64,000 nucleotides of DNA, taken from positions 96,001-160,000 of IMG/VR virus record IMGVR_UViG_3300005330_000014; one strand, 5' to 3'. This document shows, piece by piece, positions 58,402-64,000 of the stretch. This DNA comes from a virus. Its lineage: Duplodnaviria; Caudoviricetes. Position 1 is the first letter of the stretch. Each line of letters starts with the position of its first letter. Made by a program: the position numbers and the translations under genes. The notes beneath the pieces were generated by a model, which was not told the DNA's origin, searched no databases, and saw nothing but the letters and a program-made list of their open reading frames with translations.

Positions 58402-58905
58402 ATGATTATAGAAACACACAAATCCGACACCCAAGATCAGATTTTCTTTTACGAACAAGATTTTTATTGTTTATCTAATTTTTCTTCATTTACCTTACAG
58501 TGGAAAGGGCTTAGATTTGATACTTCGGAAGCCACGTATCATTGGGAAAAATTCTTAACTTATGAATCCGCGTCTATTTCCGAATTAGAAGTTATTCGTA
58601 AAAAAATCTCACTTGCTCCATCCGCTCACGAAGCATTTCAATTATCTAGAAAATATAAAGAGTTAGTTCGCCCAGATTGGGACAATGTTAAAATTGATAT
58701 TATGAAAGAAATTTTATGGGCGAAAGTAAAACAACACGAATATGTGCGCCAGAAACTTGTATCATCTGGCAATAGACAATTAATTGAAGATTCGTGGCGG
58801 GACGATTTTTGGGGTTGGGGACCAAATAAAGACGGCAAAAATATACTTGGTGAGTTATGGATGATGATACGAGGAGAATTAGATAATCAAAATTATATAA
58901 CTTAA
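58402..58905 (+). CDS. NADAR (YbiA-like) family N-glycosidase / ADP-ribosylhydrolase
   Basis: LSNFS, TSEATY..KF, RPDW..VK..IM, K..QH, LIEDS..D.FWG.G, GKNILG.LWM.IR. Confidence 0.92.
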   Translation: MIIETHKSDTQDQIFFYEQDFYCLSNFSSFTLQWKGLRFDTSEATYHWEKFLTYESASISELEVIRKKISLAPSAHEAFQLSRKYKELVRPDWDNVKIDIMKEILWAKVKQHEYVRQKLVSSGNRQLIEDSWRDDFWGWGPNKDGKNILGELWMMIRGELDNQNYIT

Positions 58906-58917
58906 ATATATAATATA

Positions 58918-59088
58918 ATGACAGAATTTGATAAAGCTAAACAAGAATTTCTAGATAACTACCTTGAAGAAAAATTTCCCGGGGAATTAAAAGAGTTATA
59001 CGGGGACATTGTTGGAATTTTAAAAGCTGGATTTGAAGCTGGAATTAGATTTGTCGAAGATTACGAAGATATCAGAAGAGATAATTAA
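58918..59088 (+). CDS. small hypothetical protein (56 aa, not in ORF track)
   Basis: MTEFDKAK...IRRDN; stop abuts the next ATG at 59089. Confidence 0.55.
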   Translation: MTEFDKAKQEFLDNYLEEKFPGELKELYGDIVGILKAGFEAGIRFVEDYEDIRRDN

Positions 59089-59409
59089 ATGACTGACGCC
59101 CAATTTGAGAAACAACGATTTGATATAGTCAAAAACTACTTTGATTATTACAATATTTTGTGTCTTGAAGAAGATTTAGGATTATCTATAAGCTCGTCTG
59201 CGCCCGGCTTATATCATGTTTTTACTACCAAAGACGATATTCTGACTCATCAATATAGTATTTCAGACGCCAAACTAAAAGAAATCTCGAAAAGTCTTAA
59301 ATTAATTACGATTAAAAATATTTTCATTAGCACAAAATTAAAATCGTATGAAGATAAATTAATGAAGAGATACGAAAATAATCCGCTGGATTGGGAACAA
59401 AGTCACTAA
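59089..59409 (+). CDS. hypothetical protein
   Basis: 106-aa ORF. Confidence 0.55.
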   Translation: MTDAQFEKQRFDIVKNYFDYYNILCLEEDLGLSISSSAPGLYHVFTTKDDILTHQYSISDAKLKEISKSLKLITIKNIFISTKLKSYEDKLMKRYENNPLDWEQSH

Positions 59410-59415
59410 GTTTTT

Positions 59416-60267
59416 ATGAAAGTTTGCATCTTAGGTGGTGGATTTATTGCTAAAAACCTTATCAAATATCTTGAAAAGCAAAAAGATATTAATATCTTAG
59501 CTGTTGGATATGAAGCTGTTAATTCGCACGCTTCAATTAGATTCGACATTAGAAATTCTGACAGTATTGAATTGTGTTTTATAAATGGTCCTTATAATAT
59601 TATTATAAATTGTACGGGTATTTCCAATTTTTCTAGCTGCGAAGATAATAATAATTATTCTTTTGATGTAAATTGTCATGGACCCCTTAATATTTTAGAC
59701 TATATCCATTGTGATTCTCATACCACTCGTTTTATTAACTTAGGAAGCATTCGAGAATTTGATTCTGATTCGTGGTATGCGCGCACAAAAAAAATATCTA
59801 GAGAAATCGTTGGGTATTATCGTGAACAAAAAGGCATGTGGGCCGCGCAATTATATTTACCTAATATAGTAGGAAAAGAACAGGATGCCGCGCGATTTGT
59901 TGTCCCTAAAGTTATTGATTTTGTTGAAAATTTTGCTAAAAATCCGGCGGACTCAAAACTCAAATTAGGGAATCTAGATTCTACACTTAATTTAATTCAT
60001 GTGGATACAGCCTGTGAACTTATCTGGCGCGCGGCTCAATCGCAAACCCCTATAGACTACTTACTTACAGGAGAAAAAATTTTGTTAAAAGATTTTGTAG
60101 TTAAAATATTTCAAAAATTTGGCATACAAGATTGGGAAAATTACGTTGAAATTGACCAGTCATTAGTTCGCCCGAACGATAATCCTTATTATATAGAATT
60201 AGTTAAACATGCTTTAAAAAGTAATGATACGGTTGATGACATTATTAATAAGCTATGTCAGGCTTAA
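59416..60267 (+). CDS. NAD-dependent epimerase/dehydratase, GDP-mannose 4,6-dehydratase-like (divergent)
   Basis: ILGGGFIA Rossmann start, YARTK, LKLGNLDS, DYLL.TG, YVEID..LVRP. Confidence 0.75.
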   Translation: MKVCILGGGFIAKNLIKYLEKQKDINILAVGYEAVNSHASIRFDIRNSDSIELCFINGPYNIIINCTGISNFSSCEDNNNYSFDVNCHGPLNILDYIHCDSHTTRFINLGSIREFDSDSWYARTKKISREIVGYYREQKGMWAAQLYLPNIVGKEQDAARFVVPKVIDFVENFAKNPADSKLKLGNLDSTLNLIHVDTACELIWRAAQSQTPIDYLLTGEKILLKDFVVKIFQKFGIQDWENYVEIDQSLVRPNDNPYYIELVKHALKSNDTVDDIINKLCQA

Positions 60268-61022
60268 TCGGAGTTGAATGGCGCGGTGGCAACAAATTAG
60301 GAGATAGACTTTGCCGAATTTCTCTTTTCGAGAATTATTACAAGAATACAGGCGATAAATTAATTGATTTGATTGGCATGGAATATACTAAGTATAATCC
60401 TTATGTTTTACAAATCTCTGATATTCACCCCAATACTTTATCTAGAATTGAAAAGCGGTGCTTATGGAATTATCCGCCGCGTGCCGTTCCTTTTGATTCG
60501 TTTAAAACGATGGCGCACGAAGTTTGTGCCCGATGGGATTTGCCAGTTTGTTATTTAAATAGGTCGCGCTTATATAAATACGAAGATTCGATTAAGTTTC
60601 CTAGAAGTTTAGTTATCAACACTACGGGGCGTGGACACGGCGCAATTCCCCTACATGTTATTAAACATATTCGAGAAGCTTATAAAAATTATACAATTAT
60701 ACAAATTGGTGGTTTGACTGATATTGACGCGGGCGCGGATTTAGATCGGCGCGGCTGTGATTTTTGGGAATCTGCTAAATACATGAGTGAATGTGAAATC
60801 GCTATCATTCCAGATAGTTTTTGTTATTGGCTTTCCAAGTGTTATAGAATGCATCGTAAAGTTATACTAACTAACTTATCCGCCGAGAATTGTGAAAAGT
60901 TCTTACCGCGCGGCTATCATATTGATAATTGGGAACAAGATTGGTGGCTAGAGTTAGATGCTGAATTTTACAATATTTACGAACAAGACTTTGGCATAAC
61001 TAAATCCTATTTATCAATCTAA
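60255..61022 (+). CDS. glycosyltransferase, GT9-like
   Basis: KLGDRLC, IIQIGG, IIPDS..YW. Confidence 0.6.
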   Translation: MSGLIGVEWRGGNKLGDRLCRISLFENYYKNTGDKLIDLIGMEYTKYNPYVLQISDIHPNTLSRIEKRCLWNYPPRAVPFDSFKTMAHEVCARWDLPVCYLNRSRLYKYEDSIKFPRSLVINTTGRGHGAIPLHVIKHIREAYKNYTIIQIGGLTDIDAGADLDRRGCDFWESAKYMSECEIAIIPDSFCYWLSKCYRMHRKVILTNLSAENCEKFLPRGYHIDNWEQDWWLELDAEFYNIYEQDFGITKSYLSI

Positions 61023-61375
61023 TGAATACGGTTAATGGTCGTTTTGATTTACTTTGTTTAAAAGGATCAACTACTGAGATTTTAGATTTTGGTTCGGGCG
61101 CGCGAAATAAGATTGTAATATCTAATCAAAAAGTTCCCTTTACTACCTTTTTCATATCACCAAATATTTACATACTCCCAGACCACTTCTATATATTACA
61201 AAATGACAAACTTATTAAAGTAAATGAATTAATTTCCAAATCGGGTGGCTTCATTTTAGACAAATTCGGGCGGACGAAATCATATATTTTGGTAGACAAA
61301 CAAGAAAATAACATTGGAATTCCTGATATTGATATTTGGTATGACGGAGATTTAGTAATTAGAAAAAATATTTAA
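61022..61375 (+). CDS. hypothetical protein
   Basis: 117-aa ORF. Confidence 0.55.
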   Translation: MNTVNGRFDLLCLKGSTTEILDFGSGARNKIVISNQKVPFTTFFISPNIYILPDHFYILQNDKLIKVNELISKSGGFILDKFGRTKSYILVDKQENNIGIPDIDIWYDGDLVIRKNI

Positions 61376-61379
61376 AGTA

Positions 61380-61820
61380 ATGAATAATCGTATTAAGTTT
61401 AGAATTTGGGACAAAGTAGAAAAAGAGTGGCTTGATCCCGATAGTTTCGCTTTATCAGGAAACGGAAATGGATTATTGTTTAAAGATTATAATGAATGGA
61501 TACAATTTAATTCTGAAGATTTTGAGATTCAACAGTTTACAGGTGAATATGATAGTAAAAATATTCCGATTTATGAGGGCGATATTATGGCTTCGCGCGG
61601 GAACTACATAACCGATGAACTTGATAAAAATGGTAAATTCCCTGACTTATTTTGTGTTGTTGTTTGGAATAAAAATCATACTAGATTTGGTTTAAAAGCA
61701 ATTGAAGACTATAAGGATTATGATCCAAATGGGGAATTTAGCCATGTTTGGACATGTTATCTTTCGACTTTCAAAGAAGTAATTGGCAATATTTATGAAA
61801 ACCCGAAACTGCTTAAATAA
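61380..61820 (+). CDS. YopX family protein
   Basis: IKFRIWD, QQFTG..D....IYEGDI, EVIGNIYENP. Confidence 0.85.
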   Translation: MNNRIKFRIWDKVEKEWLDPDSFALSGNGNGLLFKDYNEWIQFNSEDFEIQQFTGEYDSKNIPIYEGDIMASRGNYITDELDKNGKFPDLFCVVVWNKNHTRFGLKAIEDYKDYDPNGEFSHVWTCYLSTFKEVIGNIYENPKLLK

Positions 61821-62123
61821 ATGAGTGAAGAACAAGGCAGTAGTTTCACTATTTTTATAGGTGGGAAGCCGCCCGATCCTGTGCCTGCCGAAAATGAACC
61901 TAATAATATTGGGGAAATCAACCGACAAGCACAAGCTGGTAATATTGACTTTGCTAAATGGTGGACATGCAAATGGAAATCGGGTATCGAAAAAAGAGTT
62001 ATAAAAAGTTGCTGCGGTCGTAGTGAAGAAGTTCTAACTATCGCATGTAACAAACTCGAAATAACTATGTTGACCCCCTTGATATGTGCAAGGTGCTCTC
62101 ACCATTCTCCAAAAGACATTTAA
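61821..62123 (+). CDS. Cys-rich hypothetical protein
   Basis: CKW, SCCG, C..., CARC. Confidence 0.55.
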   Translation: MSEEQGSSFTIFIGGKPPDPVPAENEPNNIGEINRQAQAGNIDFAKWWTCKWKSGIEKRVIKSCCGRSEEVLTIACNKLEITMLTPLICARCSHHSPKDI

Positions 62124-62131
62124 TAACAACT

Positions 62132-63268
62132 ATGAGTAAAGCTAAAGAAAAAAATAAAGAGGAAGAAACAGACGAAAAAGTTTTAACACCACAGCAGCAA
62201 GCCGCCGCGTTATTTAAAGGTAATAAAACAGATATTTACAACCACGAAGCAGATCATCATTCTCAAACTCCATCTTCTAGTTTGATTATGAATTCTATTA
62301 TGGGTGGTGGATTGCCTTCGGGCGCGTCCCGTGCAATCGGCAATAGTTCCGGCGGCAAATCTTCTTGTTCTCTGGATTTTATGTTTCATTTCTTGCAGCA
62401 AGTTACTAAACGTAAAGGCGTTTACGCCGACGCGGAAGGAAAACTAAACAAAAATATTAGAGAACGTTCTGGTGTTAAATTCGTGACTGATCCCGAGTTA
62501 TGGGAAGATGGAACTTGTTTAATTGTTCAAACTAATGTGTTTGAATTTTTATTCTCCTTTATGGGGGATTTAATGAGAAACAATCCAACTGATACTAAAT
62601 ATTTCTTTATTGTTGATTCAATTGATATGTTAGCGCGGCGCGATGACTTGCTTAAAAATATGGAAGATTCAGCCAAGGTTGCGGGCGGAGCAGTTTTAAC
62701 TTCAGTATTTTTAAAACAAACTTCAGCGGCGATGGCAAAGCGCGGACATTATTGCGTATTTATTTCTCAAGTTAGAGATGCGGTAAAAATTGACCCGCGC
62801 CAAAAAACGGATACTAATAAACAAGGAAAAGCGTCGGGCGGACATGCGTTAGAACATGCCCCTGAATGGGTATTAGATTTTCAACCTAGATATCAGGATG
62901 ATATAATCAGGGAAGATGACAATGACAAGAAATCTAAACCATTAGGACATTATTGCAGAATTAACATTGTTAAATCGAATAATGAGACTTACGGACAAGA
63001 GATTAGATATCCAATTAGATATGGGCGCACAGGCGGCACTTCTGTTTGGGTGGAAAAAGAGATTGCAGACTTTGCTTTAATGTGGAATTTCGCCAAAAAA
63101 GAGAAAAGCTCTTATTACTTTTCAGACGAATTAAAACAAGAATTTGCCGATAACAATATAGAAATCCCTGAAAAATTCGTTGGAATTAATAAGTATATGC
63201 AATTTTTTGAAGACCGCGCGGACGTAACCAGTTTTCTTTACAAAAAATTCACCAAACTCTTAGGGTAA
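62132..63268 (+). CDS. recA: RecA/UvsX-like recombinase
   Basis: GGGLP, Walker A GNSSGGKS, DAEG, IVDSI, FISQVR, GGHALEH; likely start ATG 62132. Confidence 0.88.
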   Translation: MSKAKEKNKEEETDEKVLTPQQQAAALFKGNKTDIYNHEADHHSQTPSSSLIMNSIMGGGLPSGASRAIGNSSGGKSSCSLDFMFHFLQQVTKRKGVYADAEGKLNKNIRERSGVKFVTDPELWEDGTCLIVQTNVFEFLFSFMGDLMRNNPTDTKYFFIVDSIDMLARRDDLLKNMEDSAKVAGGAVLTSVFLKQTSAAMAKRGHYCVFISQVRDAVKIDPRQKTDTNKQGKASGGHALEHAPEWVLDFQPRYQDDIIREDDNDKKSKPLGHYCRINIVKSNNETYGQEIRYPIRYGRTGGTSVWVEKEIADFALMWNFAKKEKSSYYFSDELKQEFADNNIEIPEKFVGINKYMQFFEDRADVTSFLYKKFTKLLG

Positions 63269-63269
63269 A

Positions 63270-63683
63270 ATGAAATTCTATTCAATTCACGGCAAATTAG
63301 TCACTGTTAATGTGTCTAAATATCGCGTGGATTGGCAAAGAAAAGTCAGCGCGCCACAATTTGCCGCAAAATCCTTCTTATTTCCGTACTGGAGAAATGA
63401 TATAGTATTGGAGGAATTAAGGATTCCCGGCAGTTTGTTTAGAATTGATTTGGTTAATTTAAGTAAAAAAGTAATAATTGAAATTAGTCCCCGCTCCTTA
63501 CACGTTAATTATAACAAATTTATGCATAGAAACCGGGCTGGCTATCTCAAGAAAATTAAAAGTGACGCAGAAAAACTAAAATGGGCAGAAAAATCAGGGT
63601 TTAAATTTGTAGAATTCTACGATGAAGACCTTGCCAATCTTTCTCCAGAGTATTTAAAAGAAAAATTTGATTTAGATTTATGA
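63270..63683 (+). CDS. putative PD-(D/E)XK / DUF559-like endonuclease
   Basis: EE.RIP..RIDL...IIEI...H pattern. Confidence 0.6.
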   Translation: MKFYSIHGKLVTVNVSKYRVDWQRKVSAPQFAAKSFLFPYWRNDIVLEELRIPGSLFRIDLVNLSKKVIIEISPRSLHVNYNKFMHRNRAGYLKKIKSDAEKLKWAEKSGFKFVEFYDEDLANLSPEYLKEKFDLDL

Positions 63684-63895
63684 CTAATGAAGAATTAAGG
63701 GAATTGACGGGTAAAGTTGAGATAGAAGATATGTTAACTCATTTTCTATATCTGTTAGTCCGCGATTATTTACCTGCCGGAATAATTGAAGAGTTGGTCA
63801 GAAAAACGGAAAAAAATAAAATTCTATATACTAATGGATATTTAGCTAAATATGCAGAATTGCTATCCAATAGATTAAAAGATAAAAATGTGTAA
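63680..63895 (+). CDS. hypothetical protein
   Basis: 71-aa ORF with ATGA overlap. Confidence 0.6.
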   Translation: MTNEELRELTGKVEIEDMLTHFLYLLVRDYLPAGIIEELVRKTEKNKILYTNGYLAKYAELLSNRLKDKNV

Positions 63896-63926
63896 ATATT
63901 GATAGCTTTTTAAAATTTACGAAATT

Positions 63927-64000
63927 ATGCCCAAAAAATTTAAAGACCCGGCGGATCAACCATTCCAATTCCCCCAAGCATTGCTAAAGTCCATCGACGA
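63927..64000 (+). CDS. 5-prime part of a gene running off the window
   Basis: MPKKFKDPADQPFQFPQALLKSID, open to the end of the window. Confidence 0.5.
   Translation, partial: MPKKFKDPADQPFQFPQALLKSID

Noticed and set aside
43159-62401. Shadow ORFs in the right arm (43159, 54057, 54125, 57908, 58638, 60373, 61692, 61793, 62210)
   Set aside because: Contained within or antisense to confident genes
1-64000. Stop-codon reassignment (common in large phages)
   Set aside because: Long genes are intact in code 11, and TAA, TAG (for example 182, 979) and TGA (for example 42955, 63683) all end genes at tight junctions
1-64000. CRISPR array, tRNA or rRNA genes
   Set aside because: No regularly spaced direct repeats and no cloverleaf with T-loop GTTCGA plus acceptor stem seen; a tRNAscan-SE/CRT run would be the formal check

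Overview
AT-rich (roughly 30% GC by eye) segment of a large tailed-phage genome. There are no host housekeeping genes, virion structural genes, tRNAs or CRISPR arrays that I can see, and it reads with standard code 11. Two arms diverge at about 39.5-39.9 kb. The minus-strand arm (1-39.5 kb) is driven by seven near-identical sigma70-type promoters (TTGACW-N13-TGC-TAnnnT), two positioned for leaderless transcripts. It carries an Rnl2-type RNA ligase next to a nucleotidyltransferase-like gene, a LemA/TPM pair, and a NAD module. The NAD module is NAMPT-like plus PRPP-synthetase-like (a NARP1-type pair) with a HAD/nucleoside-deoxyribosyltransferase fusion and a probable NADAR remnant between them. 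The arm also carries an inverted LAGLIDADG endonuclease and a very large phiEco32-type amide-ligase region: three carboxylate-amine ligases, an ATP-grasp ligase, two class I and four class II glutamine amidotransferase paralogs, and a gamma-glutamylcyclotransferase, interleaved with expanded families of unknown paralogs. The plus-strand arm (39.9-64 kb) has a phage sigma factor, dCMP deaminase, dUTPase, class II RNR, an island of about 11 glycosyltransferase-like genes (one frameshifted), a Dam-like methylase, NADAR, a Gmd-like dehydratase and a RecA/UvsX recombinase. The most unexplained signals are: (1) a 9-residue motif HNHPLT(D/T)MF near the C-terminus of four scattered, otherwise divergent proteins, conserved at the peptide and not the DNA level; (2) the expanded amidoligase system with a 4-6 member unknown family; (3) strong enrichment of GC-only words (CCGCGCGG, CCCGGCGGAT) in an AT-rich genome. 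All family assignments come from motifs recognised by eye, not from database searches.
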